Below are positions 41,185 to 57,334 of a stretch of DNA of 64,000 bases, in pieces. The position numbers were made by a program, and so were the translations under genes. Position 1 is the first letter of the stretch. Each line of letters starts with the position of its first letter. The DNA is from Octopus vulgaris (lineage: Eukaryota): positions 59,458,001-59,522,000 of the forward strand of contig OX597827.1 of assembly GCA_951406725.2 (NCBI GenBank). Direction: 5' to 3'. A model generated the notes under the pieces. The model saw only the letters and a program-made list of their open reading frames with translations. It was not told the origin of the DNA and searched no databases.

Positions 41185-41670
41185 GCATATTACGGGCTTC
41201 TTTCAGTTTCTACTCACAAAGCTTTGGTCGGCCCAAGGCTGTAATAGAAGACACTTGCCCAAGTTGCCATGTACTAGGAGTGAAGCAATATTTATTTATC
41301 TATTTATTTTTACTTGTTTCAGACATTTGAATGCGGCCATGCCGGAGCACCACCTTTAGTGGAAAAACTCGATCCCATGACTTATTCTTTGTAAGCCTAG
41401 TACTTATTATATCGGTCAATTTTGCCGAACCGCTAGCTTATGGGGACGTAAATACACCAACATCGGTTGTCAAACGACGCTGGGTGGGGGGAAGCAGAGA
41501 CACAAAAATACACACATATACACATATATACACGACGGGCTTCTTTCAGTTTCCGTCTACCAAATCCACTAACAAGACTTTGGTCGGCCCGAGGCTATAG
41601 TAGAAGATATTTGTCCAATGTGCAACGCCGTAGGACTGAACTCAGAACCATGTGGTTGGGAAGCAAGCCA
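41185..41670 (-). mobile_element. SINE family A: a partial copy (41185-41285) plus a near full copy (41305-41670)
   Basis: Collinear with 15060-15508. Confidence 0.85.
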
Positions 41671-41786
41671 CGTGTGATTAAATACATTTACCAAGTTTAA
41701 ATCTCTTGAACACTTCTAGGTGTATTCTGTACGGAGGACATTTGGATCTCGTCTATGAACTACAAACGCGCGCACACACACACACA

Positions 41787-41827
<41 letters not shown>

Positions 41828-41979
41828 TCATACGTACAAAAATGACGTTGTGGTGGAAACCGAAGGCGCTTACTTAGTGTAAGCTGTTACCTCCCAGCCA
41901 ATCACATTGACATTTTTTGATTTTTTAAAATTTACTCTTGTTTTTAGAAAGAAAGAAGGAAAGATAGGTTGATATATAA

Positions 41980-42395
41980 GGCGGCGAGTTAGCAGAAACG
42001 TTTACACGCCGGGCGAAATGCTTAGTGGTATTTCGTCTGCCGTTACGTTCTGAGTTCAAATTCTGCCGAGGTCGACTTTGTCTTTCATCCTTTCGGGGTC
42101 GATTAAATAAGTAACAGTTGCGCACTGGGGTCGATATAATCGACTTTATCCGTCTGTCTGTCCTTGTTTGTCTCCTCTGTGCTTAGCCCCTTGTGGGTAG
42201 TAAAGAAATAGGTATTTCATCTACCGTTACGTTCTGAGTTCAAATTCCACCGAGGTCGACTTTTCTTTCATACTTTCGGGGTCGATAAACTAAGTACCAG
42301 TTACGCACTGGGGTCGATGTAATCGACATACTTCCTTTGTCTGTCCTTGCTTGTCTCCTCTACGCTTAGCCCCTTGTTGGCAATAAAGAAATAAG
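41980..42395 (+). mobile_element. SINE family C dimer
   Basis: ggcggcgagttagcagaaacg...tail ending aaagaaata, then ggtatttc restarts the body. The second monomer lacks about the first 45 nt. Confidence 0.92.
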
Positions 42396-43304
42396 ATAGG
42401 TAGATAGATAGATAGGTAGGTAGGTAGGTAGGTAGGTAGGTAGGTAGGTAGGTAGGTAGGTAGGTAGGTAGGTAGGTAGGTAGGTAGGTAAGTAGATAGA
42501 TGAATAGATAGAAACATACATACATTGTTATACATACATAGTTGTATGGCAAGATAGACTGACAGAGAGATAAACAGATAGATAAATAGATAGATAGATA
42601 CATACATACATGCATACATACATACATACATCTATACATACATACATAAGTTGTTATATATAAAGATAAATTCACAGATAGATAAATAAATAACTAGATA
42701 AATAGATAGATAGATAGATACATACATACATACATACATACATACATACATACGTAGATTGTCATATAGCAAGATAAATTGACAGATAGTTAAATATAGA
42801 TAGATACATAGATTAATATATAGATAGATAAACATATAGATAGATATACGTGTGTGTGTGTGTGTACATTTGTGTGTGTGTGAGCTTGAGTGTGTGGTAG
42901 TGTGTATATGCGTACATATATAATTTCCGTGTGATGTATTACAACTACTTGCGGTGGATTAGTGAATGACTTCAAAACCAAGTCTCATTTAATCTTGAGT
43001 GAAGCATGAAATTAGCCCTTGGGGTCACGGAAGGTAAACTCTGTTTCTATTACTCGCAAACTCCATCCACTCCACCCACCCTCCGAAACTGATCAACCCT
43101 GTTACCCCTGTAAGCTCTGTAACAACAAACAAGGTTGGGAATTAAAAGATCTCTCACACACGCACACACACACACACACACAGAGGCACAAACTTATGTA
43201 TCTAAGTATGTATGTAGATGCCTTGCGATATATATATATATATGTGCGTGTGTGTGTGTGAATATCTCTGTCTGTCTGACTGTCTGTCTGTGTGTCTCTC
43301 TCTG

Positions 43305-43370
<66 letters not shown>

Positions 43371-43769
43371 TATCCGAATTGACGTATCTTTTGATATAAG
43401 TTACAGAGAAAGACGTTAGGGCGTGTACGAAATTGCGTTTGACCCTCTGGCCGATAACTGATGAGGTGTTGGAGGCCTTCTGTGTCTGTTTCTCGCTTGT
43501 TTATGTATGCTTTGTATGTTTATAACTTAACACACACACACACGCACATACACGCACACGCACACATACGCACGCACACACACAACGTACACGCACAAGC
43601 TCCCACCACACGCACACATACGCACGCACACATACACATGCACACACACACACACAACGCATACACACACGCACATCCACGCACACACACACGCACGCAC
43701 ACCTGATGAAGGGCATAAACGAAGTATATACATATATACATACATATATTATATATATATATATGTGTG

Positions 43770-44035
43770 TATGTGATCACGTGACCGACCAGACCATCAC
43801 AATGGTCACAATGCGTTCGCATTGTTTTAGCCTTCGAATGACGCCACCCCGCTGGCTAAGCGAGCAGGCCAACAGAAGAAAGAGTGAGAGAAAGTGTGGT
43901 GAAAGAGTACACCCTCGTGGAGCTTTTTAGGTGTTTTCGCTCAATAAACACTCACAACGCCCGGTCTAGGAATCGAAACCGCGATCCTACGACCGCGAGT
44001 CCGCTGCCCTAACCACTGGGCCATTGCGCCTCCAC
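43770..44035 (-). mobile_element. SINE family B, tail type 3
   Basis: Same head. After aaagagtgagagaaag the tail (plus strand gatcacgtgaccgaccag...gacgccaccccgctggctaagcgagcaggcc) is unrelated to tails 1 and 2. Confidence 0.85.
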
Positions 44036-44371
44036 ATGTATGTATGTATATGAATGTAAGATCCAAGGATTGAGGTCTAGGCAGAAGTTTAGCATCAAGC
44101 AAATCGTAGACAATTTAGAAAAAACATCTTTCAGGAGCGATAATGGTTTATTGAGGCGGAAGATTGTGGATTTTTATTTTTCCGTATCGAAGTATGTTAA
44201 GCTGGAAAAAATGTTTTATATTTCACGGTAGGCAGGCAGGGTTGCCAGGTATGCGAATAAAATACAAGAGTTAAGGGATGGAGTAGATAATATCCGGGCC
44301 ACATATGTTTCATAGCGAGCACAGCCTCAGAAGTAGTAAATATCCATGCGAGGTGTATACTGTAGGCTACT

Positions 44372-44585
44372 CTTCAGGTCAAGGTTATTTTCATTAAATG
44401 AAGTTTACATTGTCGTAGGGAGGTACATGTCGACACACGGACCCGCGTGTCGACATGAGTGAACTGGAGCAATATGAAATAAAGTGTTTTTCCCAAGAAC
44501 ATAACACACAGCCCGGTCCGGGAATCGAAATGACTACCTCTTGACTGTGAGCCCGATGCTCTAACCACTGAGCCATGCGCCTTCA
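44372..44585 (-). mobile_element. tRNA-derived SINE family D-like
   Basis: Minus: tgaaggcgcatggctcagtggttagagcatcgggctcacagtcaagaggtagtcatttcgattcccggaccgggctgtgtgttatgttcttgggaaaaacactttatttcatattgctccag. Confidence 0.8.
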
Positions 44586-44586
44586 G

Positions 44587-44620
<34 letters not shown>

Positions 44621-45363
44621 AATTCATACATATACATACATGCACGCACACACACATACACACACATATATATAAATTCATACATACACATACATGCACA
44701 CACACACACATACACACACATATATAAATTCATACATACACATACATGTACACACACACACACACACACACACACACTGACGATTGTAATTACTATATAA
44801 GTAATTAGCATGCTTGTGAGCGGTGAGTTCAAATCGAGTCTATGACACTGCAGGATGTTATGAGGGTGGGTGGGAGGAGGTGTGTGCGAATGGGGGTGGG
44901 GAAAGTAATTAGCCTCAGTAATTAGTCTCAAAAAGAGTGCTTCATCAGTAATTCACGGCGCTGTAAACTTCTATCACGATCTGGGGGGGGGGGGGGTGGT
45001 TGATCTTAATTACAGGTTACCTGTGCGCGTATGTGTGTGTATGCTTGTGTGTGTGTATGTGTATGTGTGTGCGTGTGTGTGTGTGTGTGTGCGTGCGTGC
45101 GAACAGGTGAAATAGTCATCCATGTCACGTTAAACTTGTCAATATGCGTAGCTACCGTAGTTTACTGAACAAAGTCATTGCCGCCAATGCTCTCGCCGAC
45201 GCCGCCACCGTCAGCGCCGCCAGTACCGCAGCGCCCCTACCGCCGCCAGCATCCCCACCATCACCAGAGCCCCCAGATCCCCCACCGTCGCCATCACTAC
45301 CACTACCACCATTACCACCACCGCTACAAGAACAACAGCCATTAATAGTGACCACTCCAACCG

Positions 45364-45454
<91 letters not shown>

Positions 45455-45520
45455 CTGATTGTTGTATATTTATACAAGTATCTATGCATGTATGTGCGTA
45501 TAGTATCCATCCATTCATCC

Positions 45521-45608
<88 letters not shown>

Positions 45609-45647
45609 GCATTGACATATGCATGAACATATATATGTGTGAAACAT

Positions 45648-45678
<31 letters not shown>

Positions 45679-46334
45679 AAATATATATATATATATATAT
45701 ACACGCACACACACACACACACGCATGTACACACACATTTTTGCATACAAACTCAGACGCACACATAAATATATAATATACTTCCACACACAACATATGC
45801 GTGTCTGCACGGGTGGACGAACGCGCGCGCTTACGTGTACATGCGCGCCTGTGTGTATGAATATGTGTATGTATGTGTGTGTCTGTGCCTGTGTATATGT
45901 GTGTATGTGGTTGAATATATTTCCTGTAGATGCCTTGCCTCTCTACCTTTCAAAAAGCAAAATACAAAAACGAAAAACATTAAAAAAAATGAAAACACAA
46001 ACGAAAACAAAAGCAGTTATTTTTTGCTGATAAATGACTTAATAAAGCCCTTGTCAGACATGTTGGTTGTCTATTTATACACCCACTCATTTATACACCC
46101 ACGTATTTATACACCCACTACGCTATAAAATGAACGATGTGAAGGAAGTGATCAATTAAGCTATATGTATGCGACTACATATACTTCCTGTTGTACTGGT
46201 GACCCCAGGCGGAGCAGGGGTCACACGGGACGAGGGTTTAAGGTGAAGATATACCGTTTCGCCAAAATGGCTGTGTAGGTATTCTCAGTGGTTGTTTTAT
46301 CGGATACCATGGGTTCAATTCTGTTGCGGGTATT

Positions 46335-46945
46335 GTCTTTTATCTCTTACCTGTTTCAGTCATTTGACTGCGGCCATGCTGGGGTACCGCCTTGAAGAAT
46401 TTTCGTCGAGGGAATCGATCCCAGAATTTCGTTTTAAACTAGGTACTTCTGTCGCTTTTTCTGCCAATCCGCTAAGTCACGGGAACGTAAACACACCAAC
46501 ACTGGATGTCAAGCGGTGGTGGGGAACAAACATAGACACATATTCATATGAAGGGGTAGTGAAAAGTCATATGAAGGGGTGCTGGTTTTAAGGGTATCCC
46601 GAAAGTACTGGTTGGAGGCACAACCTTCCAAGTTCTTTTACAGGGCATAGAAAGGACCGCTGCAATAAGTGTATGAGTCTAAGAGGAGAATATGTTCAAT
46701 AAAACCAAAATTATTCATCCGCCTGTATTTTCTGTTACCCAAAGCCAGGAACTTTTCAGCACCCCCACGTTCACACACACATACACACACACGTATATGT
46801 ACGACAGGCTTCTTTTAGTTTCCGTCTATCAAATCCATTCACAAAGCTTTGGTCAGCCCGAGGCTATAGTAGAAGACACGTACCCAAGTTGCCACACTGG
46901 GACTAAATTCAGGACAATGTGGTTAGGAAGCAAACTTCTTACAAT
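46335..46945 (-). mobile_element. SINE family A interrupted by a mariner MITE
   Basis: SINE 3' half at 46335-46545 and 5' half at 46772-46945 flank the insert. Confidence 0.88.
46547..46771 (+). mobile_element. Non-autonomous mariner-derived MITE
   Basis: Left end tatgaaggggtagtgaaaagt / tatgaaggggtgctg and right end aaagccaggaacttttcagcacccccacgt form a TIR. The interior retains a transposase C-terminus, ..DRCNKCMSLRGEYVQ*. Confidence 0.8.
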
Positions 46946-47299
46946 ACGATTTTTATATATTGAAATATTTTGTTCTTTTTTTTTTTACGTATGTTTCGCA
47001 TAGTATTTTGGACGAGTGATGGCATCTAATAATCGAGAGTGAAGTTCTCTAGCTCGGCGAATTCGTCAAGAGGTGGATAACTGCGACAAAAAGGGGGAAA
47101 AACAAGCTAGGGCTGATAGAAGTACTCTAATCATGCACCTGTAGATTTGAGAAGAACAGCTGCGAGGACTTGTCTTTTATGGTGAGAGCGATCAGGAACC
47201 TGTAAGGTTTCTTCATTGGCCCCAGTTGGAGGTTTTCTAGTACCAGGAAGTCTGTCGCTATTACACAGGTCTGACAAGCGGTGATGCGTTTTCCTTACG

Positions 47300-47465
47300 T
47301 CTCCGTATCTAGCGGTTTGGTAAAAGGAACCGATAAAATACGTATAAGATTTACAAAGATGAGAACGGGAAGCGTTCTGTTCGACCCCATTACTTGCTCA
47401 TCTTGAAGATGCTGTCCCAGGATGACCACAGTCCAATGACTGAAACATGATAAACAATAAAAGAT
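47300..47465 (+). mobile_element. SINE family A, highly diverged 3' part
   Basis: tagcggtttggtaaaaggaaccgataaaata...gaccacagtccaatgactgaaaca. Confidence 0.65.
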
Positions 47466-47619
47466 GCTCGTTTTTCGTAAGTCGATGCAAGCAACTGTAA
47501 TTAATTTTATTGTTCCTTGCTGGATCCAGACTGATCCAGCAGACTTATAATTAAAAGCAAGCCATCCATGACTATCAAACTTTTTCTCTCAATATCGCTC
47601 AAAGATAAATATAAATAAC

Positions 47620-47970
47620 ATTATCATTGTTGTATTTCGGAATGGTCATTTTGCCAGTTTAGCCAATAAAAACACACGCACTATATATTTGGTGTTACTT
47701 TGCTTCAGTGTTATTTATTTTTTACATTAATCTTAATCTTATTTCGGCCAGAGTTCTTTCGTCATACTCCTGTGACCGCATCAGTGGTCCTTTGCTTTCT
47801 TCTTTCTTATTTGTGTGTCTCTCCTTACTAACCGTCAGCCATTTTGTATTTCTATTATCCCTGGGAGTATTTATATGCGATAGACAGTCGTTGTATCTAA
47901 GAACGAGGCAGACATGTTTTGAGAGACAATTGGCAGGATAAATAATCTCTGTTAAAAGAGTGTACATAAA
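47620..47970 (-). mobile_element. Putative Penelope-like 3' terminal fragment with hammerhead-like motif (47747-47788)
   Basis: Minus: CCA-CUGAUG-CG-GUCA-caggagua-UGAC-GAAA-GAACUC-UGG. The upstream frame ends YVHSFNRDYLSCQLS.., reminiscent of the PLE endonuclease NRD..LS terminus. Confidence 0.5.
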
Positions 47971-48160
47971 ATAGACTGTGAATTATCTTGAAATATACTA
48001 CATATACACTCAGGCATATATTGATGTAAAACCGTAGTTCCATTCATCCATGTTCATATGAATGCGTTAAAACGTGTATTTGGTTACAAATGCTGTACAA
48101 ACGAATTTGTTTTGTATATAAACACATTCATCTACATACACATGCAATCTACTTACCTAG

Positions 48161-48244
<84 letters not shown>

Positions 48245-48562
48245 TTACCTGTCTGTCTGTCTCTCTCACGCATGCATATACAGATATAAGTATACAGATA
48301 TATACATATATATATGTATGTATCTGCGTATGTATGTATGTGTGTATATATTACACATACACATACACACACACATATGTATGTATGCGTGTGTGTGTGT
48401 GTGCGTGTATGTGTGTGTGTGAGTTCTCACCAATCAGTTTTATTTGTCCTGTCTTCACTGAAACTGCAGTTTGTATTTGATGAGGCAGCTGTTTTGTGTA
48501 TATATGCGTGTCTGTGCGTTTGTGTATGTATGTGTGTGTATATGCGAGTGTGTTCACACACG

Positions 48563-48612
<50 letters not shown>

Positions 48613-48879
48613 TACACAAGTTTGCCTTTTGGTATCAGTGTTGTTCTTCTTGTCGCTATCATTGTAATTATTGTTGTGGTTGTTGTCGTTATTGATATTT
48701 TAATGTTTTTATTTCTTTTAATTAATTAAGTTTGTTTTTTACAAAAAATTTTTCATCATGTCTGTATTTCCTCTCTGATGATGACGTTTGTTTTTTTTCT
48801 TTATCCTTCATTTTTTCCAGTTTTTTTTTCTCTCCTTTTTGTCGGTTTTTATTATTATTCTCGTTGTTTTTCTTCGTGT

Positions 48880-50790
<1,911 letters not shown>

Positions 50791-51375
50791 TATTTCTTAT
50801 GTCACTGTGATATGTGTGGAATGCAGAGCTCAGCTCATAAGACCCAGCGGCGATGGCACACATTTCACACACGCACACACTCACACACCCACAACCTCAC
50901 ACACACACACACACACACATCATACATACACATACATATATATATACATACAGACATATATATATATACACATATATACATACATACATACATATACTTA
51001 TATATATTTCTATGTCTATATATATATATATGTATGTATGTATGTACATGTATACATACACGCACACACACACACACACGAACACACACACAAACACACA
51101 CAAGTACATACACCAGCACACATACACACATGGATTAATCACGCATAGATGAATGAGCTGTAAAGAGATTTGATATGAAAGAATTGAATGCAGAATGTTG
51201 CCTAAGGTGTGTGTGTGTGTGTGTGTGTGTGCGTGCGCGCGTGCGTGCATGTATCTGTATGTGAGCGTGTGAGTGTGTATGTAATAACATGTGTGTATGC
51301 ATACTGCGTGTAAAATAGTGCGTGTCTATGCATGCAGTTATATGCGTAGTTGTGCATGAACATATCCATAGCGGC

Positions 51376-51416
<41 letters not shown>

Positions 51417-51617
51417 GTGGATGTGTGGTGTGTGTGTGTGTGTGTGTGTGCGCGCGCATGCAATAGTGTATGTATATAGCTGTGTGAAATAATGTATAAC
51501 TGTATGCATAGGATGCATTTACATTTAATCATGTATATGTACATGCGTGTGTACATGTGTGCATGCCTGTATGTATGTCGTTCTCTCTCTCATCCTCTTT
51601 CTCTCTCTCCCTCTTTC

Positions 51618-51697
<80 letters not shown>

Positions 51698-51849
51698 CCT
51701 AGATAGATAGATAGGTGTATATATCTATATATATATATAGATATACATAAATACATAAATATATGCATACATACCTACATACATACACACATGCATACAC
51801 AAATACACACATACACACACGTGTGTGTGTATGTATGTATGTATGTATG

Positions 51850-51886
<37 letters not shown>

Positions 51887-51921
51887 CTATATCTATATAT
51901 ACACACACACACACACATATA

Positions 51922-51952
<31 letters not shown>

Positions 51953-52119
51953 GTATATGTGTGTGTGTATATATGTATTGATATATATACCCAATATATA
52001 CATATATAGGTATATATATATATATATATCTATCCATATACACATATATGTATATGTGAATGTATATATATATATATTAGCCATAATTATAACGATAGAG
52101 AATATGGAGACTGGTATAT

Positions 52120-52520
52120 ATATTCTTTTATTCTTTTACTTGTTTCAGTCAGTTGACTGCGGCCATGCTGGAGCACCGCCTTTTTGTCAAACAAATTGAC
52201 ACCCCCCCTCCCACCAGGACCTATTCTTTGTAAGCCTAGTACCTATTCTCTCGGTCGAACCGCTAAGCCACAGGGACGTCAACCTACCAACATCGGTTAT
52301 CAAGCGATGGTTGGGGGACAAACACAGACGCAAATACATTCATACATAGATACATGCATACATATATATATATATATATATATACACGATGGGCTTCTTT
52401 CAGTTTCCGTCTATCAAATCCACTCATAAGTATTTAGCCGGCCCGAGGCTATAGAAGAGGACACTTGACCGGGACTGAACCCGGAACCATGTGGTTGGGA
52501 AGCAAGCTTCTTACAACACA
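52120..52520 (-). mobile_element. SINE family A
   Basis: ttcttttacttgtttcagtcagttgactgcggccatgctggagcaccgcc...gggactgaacccggaaccatgtggttgggaagcaagc. Confidence 0.88.
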
Positions 52521-52783
52521 TGTATACATATTACGGAGTGCCTATTTACGCCTGTGTCCACATGCGATGCAAAAAAGAGAGTGTATGTTTATATACAATA
52601 GTATGTGTGTATGTGAGCGCCATAGTATGCGCGTGGGTTTGTGTATGTATGCATGCATAAATGTATACGCCCTTGGACGTTTGCATGCATGCATAAATGT
52701 ATGCATCTACACGTGTATGAATGCAACGATCTACGTGTGCTCTAGACGGCACATGAGAGCATATACGTATGCATAAAGTTGTC

Positions 52784-52816
<33 letters not shown>

Positions 52817-53136
52817 TTTGTTGTTGTTGTTTAAGTAGTGGCTTGTGTCAGCATATTTGTATATGCTGGTTGGGTCTTCTCTATGTGTGCGTGTTTGTGT
52901 GTGTTGTGCTTTGAGTGAGTCCCTGCGTGCCAAATAGGGTTTGTGTACGTACGCATGTGTGTAATATACGTACTCATGTGTGTGTATTTTAGGTTCTGTA
53001 TGCAATGGCGATTAGGAATGTGCGTATGTCCAGTGTTTTAATGTGCTTGTTTTCATGTATGTGCCCCACCAGAAATGTGCTTTTATTTATCTCTTGTGCC
53101 TCTGTATGTGTCTGCATCTACGCTTGTATATATACA

Positions 53137-53206
<70 letters not shown>

Positions 53207-53397
53207 TACATATATATATCCAAACATATATATTTATATATATATACACATATGACCATACATATATGCATACATATGTGTATATACCTACATGTAAATA
53301 TATGTATATATATATGTATGTGTATATATATATATAGATAGATATATGAATATGTATATATACGTATATACGTATATATATATATATATATATATGC

Positions 53398-53428
<31 letters not shown>

Positions 53429-53443
53429 CATACATATACATAC

Positions 53444-53491
<48 letters not shown>

Positions 53492-53777
53492 TCATTTCTT
53501 CATGTGTATGTAGCTATTCATATAATGCATGCATGTTGTTATGGAAAGTATACACACACACACACACACATACACGTGTAAGCGTGTGTATTTGGTTGTG
53601 TAAGCTTGTATACACACCTGCATCAATACATGTATAGATATGTTTTTGTTTGTTATGCTTCGTATACTACCACAGGGTGTATACATAATCTACACATATA
53701 CATGTAATTACATTGTATTACTTGTGTCCATTGATCTAAAATTGTATGTAAACCAGTGTGTAACATGTACCATCAAT

Positions 53778-53818
<41 letters not shown>

Positions 53819-53874
53819 CGCGTACGTGAAACATATGTATGAGCTTGTGTGTGTAGGTAAGTATATATCTATCG

Positions 53875-53938
<64 letters not shown>

Positions 53939-53970
53939 GTCTATCTATCTGTCTATCTATCTATCTATCC

Positions 53971-54017
<47 letters not shown>

Positions 54018-54097
54018 CTTATGTTTGCTTGTCTATACAACCTTCCACTCCCTCACCCTCTCTCCCTCCTCTCTCTCTATCTATATATCCATCTGTG

Positions 54098-54143
<46 letters not shown>

Positions 54144-54232
54144 ACAACTATTTCTGTCCCAATATGTGTGATTGTATGCATAGTTATGTGTGCAATAGTG
54201 CATAACTGTATACATAGAGGGTGGTGTATGTA

Positions 54233-54263
<31 letters not shown>

Positions 54264-54526
54264 TTTATAGATGTATAGATGTGTGTATAGACATGTACAG
54301 AGATGCGTATATAAAACACTCAAGTATAATAAACAAATGTTTATGCACATAATGCACATTCCAACACGTGAAAAACACACATCTATGCGCGCATATGGAG
54401 AAACAAGTGCTGACACGCGTACATGTATAGAGATTAAAAATGTGCTAAGAATTACATTCAAGAAAAAAAGATAAAGGGATGCTTATGTGGTTAAATAACC
54501 TAATTAATGCTCATTGGAAGAAGGAT

Positions 54527-54605
<79 letters not shown>

Positions 54606-54824
54606 ATGTATATATATATATGTATATATATATATATGTATGTATGTATATATATATATACATAAGGGGATTCAAAAGTTCCTTTAGAATCTTCATCGTA
54701 TATAAATATTCTATCATTTGACTGCAATAGAACCTTCCGAATTTCCATACGTGCGTGTATATGTGTATACATATATTTACACAGACACAGATCCACAGAC
54801 ATACACACATACACAGTGTGATAA

Positions 54825-54898
<74 letters not shown>

Positions 54899-54926
54899 AT
54901 ATATGTGTGTGTGTGTGTGTATATAC

Positions 54927-54961
<35 letters not shown>

Positions 54962-54964
54962 CAT

Positions 54965-55025
<61 letters not shown>

Positions 55026-55128
55026 CGCATGCAGACACACACACACATATATAGATGTATATATACATACAGACGCATATATACATACACACATATATAT
55101 ATATACATACATATATATATATATATAT

Positions 55129-55173
<45 letters not shown>

Positions 55174-55823
55174 TATATAGTACCACTACGACTACCACGC
55201 ATACTACTAGATTTAGCATCAGCACCACTACCTTACCTCACAAACACTATCTCTTCATCCACCTCATCTTCCTACCAATAAAAAGCACACGTAGTAGCGT
55301 TTGTCCCCTCCACCACCACCACCAATACCAACACCCTATCGCCTAATACCACTAGATCAAAATTAGTATCATAAGCAATGAACATTACAACAACCTCTAC
55401 AACGACTACAAGTGCTACCACCACCAACTATAGTAGCATCAACTCCAACACCATACCGCCATCATCTCTATAAATACCACCAGCAAAATTATCAGAATCT
55501 TCCCTATCATGAAGATCATTATCACTATCACCTCCAGAAACACCATCGTCAACATCATCCCTCACCCTCATCACACTCAGTACCACCACTATGGCAGCAG
55601 CCGTCGCCACCGCCGCCACCGCCAACGCCGTTACTGCCACCTGATAAATGTATTGCGAGAAAGAATCCTTGGCTCAAAGCTATTGTGATTGCATTAATCA
55701 GGTGTTTTTTTTGCAACGGAAGCAAATTTCTCTCTTTACATTTGATAGTCCCGTATTTTACTCGTATTGCTTGTTTTAAATATATATATATATATATATA
55801 CATGCATACACACATACATATAT

Positions 55824-55876
<53 letters not shown>

Positions 55877-56006
55877 AGCATATTTATACACACATATATA
55901 ATATACATATATATATATATATATATACATGCAACACAACTAATAACACAGGCATATATATTATACATACATACATATATACATACACATACATTTATAT
56001 ATATAT

Positions 56007-56049
<43 letters not shown>

Positions 56050-56394
56050 CATACATACATCGATATATATTTGTATGTATATATATGAATCTTTTATTGA
56101 AATCTGAATCTGAGTGTGCGTGGGTCGCTACTCTTAGTTTCTCATATTCCACTCTACCTGACAGCATTGAGCACTTTTATCACATCACTGCAAGAATTCC
56201 CACTACAATGTGAAACTACAAGCACCTTTCTCTCTCTGCTTCACTCTCTTTGCCTGACAATCTTTCTCTGTCTCTATGTACCTCTTTCTCTATGTATGTA
56301 TATCTATCCAACCATCCATCCATCCATCCATACATACATGTGTGTGTGTAATACAAGTGGGCTGGGGTCCACTGAAGCTGTTTCCGACGTGTTT

Positions 56395-56540
56395 TATGTG
56401 TGTTCAAATTCCGCCGAAGTTGACTTTACCTTTCTTCCTTTCGGGGTCGATAAATTAAAAACCAGTTGCGTACTGGGGTCGATCTAATCGACTGGCCCCC
56501 TCCGCCAAAATTTCGGGCCATGTGTCTAGAGTAGAAAATA
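56395..56540 (+). mobile_element. SINE family C, headless
   Basis: gttcaaattccgccgaagttgactttacctttcttcctttcggggtcgataaattaaaaccagttgcgtactggggtcgatc...aaaatttcgggcc. Confidence 0.85.
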
Positions 56541-56545
56541 CGTGT

Positions 56546-56597
<52 letters not shown>

Positions 56598-56783
56598 CGT
56601 GTATATGACATCAAAAACATTGAGAAACTTCGTGAACATGAAGTAATTCTTTGTGGGGATGGTGAATCTCGAAGTAAATAAAGCTATAAACGATAGCGCG
56701 TAAATATTGCGTTAAAAAACTTTTAAGATAGTAAAAGTCCACGGCTGCTCATAATGTATATGTATATATGTATTTGTAAGTAT

Positions 56784-56822
<39 letters not shown>

Positions 56823-56884
56823 TCTACCACTGGTATTTGAGTACTCTTTTTTCCACCTTGTTTCACATTTATGTGTTTACTTCC

Positions 56885-56929
<45 letters not shown>

Positions 56930-56989
56930 GTATGTATGTATGTATGTATGTATGTATGTATGTATGTATGTATGTATGTATGTATGTAT

Positions 56990-57328
56990 GTATTGATAAA
57001 AATGGTAAGACAGCAAAAGAATGAAAGAGACCTCGATATTATGTAAATAGAGGAATTTATCTGTAAAAGTAATATGTGACAATTATTCGGTAGCCATGAT
57101 AAATCTCCGAATTTCGGATGCCGAGGTGGAAATCCACGCCGCCATGTCTTCAGTTATCTGGCCATCGGAAAAATGCTATGAAAATGACCGTTATACAAAG
57201 GGAAATTACTGTGTGATTGACCGTTATTAAGACAAAAGTGCTATTTGAATGACCACTGAGGGGAGGGAGTAAAAGTAAGGGAGTAAAATATTTCATAGTA
57301 TTCGCGTAATTGTCACATATTACTTTTA
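56990..57328 (-). mobile_element. PLE-type terminal fragment with hammerhead-like motif (57098-57158) and 22-bp inverted duplication
   Basis: Minus: GAUAA-CUGAAGA-CAUG..GUGGAUUUCCAC..CAUC-C-GAAA-UUCGGAGAU-UUAUC. Perfect inverted repeat TAAAAGTAATATGTGACAATTA (57064-57085) / TAATTGTCACATATTACTTTTA (57307-57328). Confidence 0.65.
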
Positions 57329-57334
57329 TATGTA

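Noticed and set aside
43700-43725. CTGATGA as a further hammerhead core
   Set aside because: No stem II pairing or GAAA follows, and the flanks are microsatellite.
46180-46330. Promoter-like ETS/YY1 motifs and an 8-bp hairpin (GTGACCCC/GGGGTCAC)
   Set aside because: The ATGGCTGTGT motif looks like a decayed SINE A head. The short hairpin has no Helitron CTRR end or other support.
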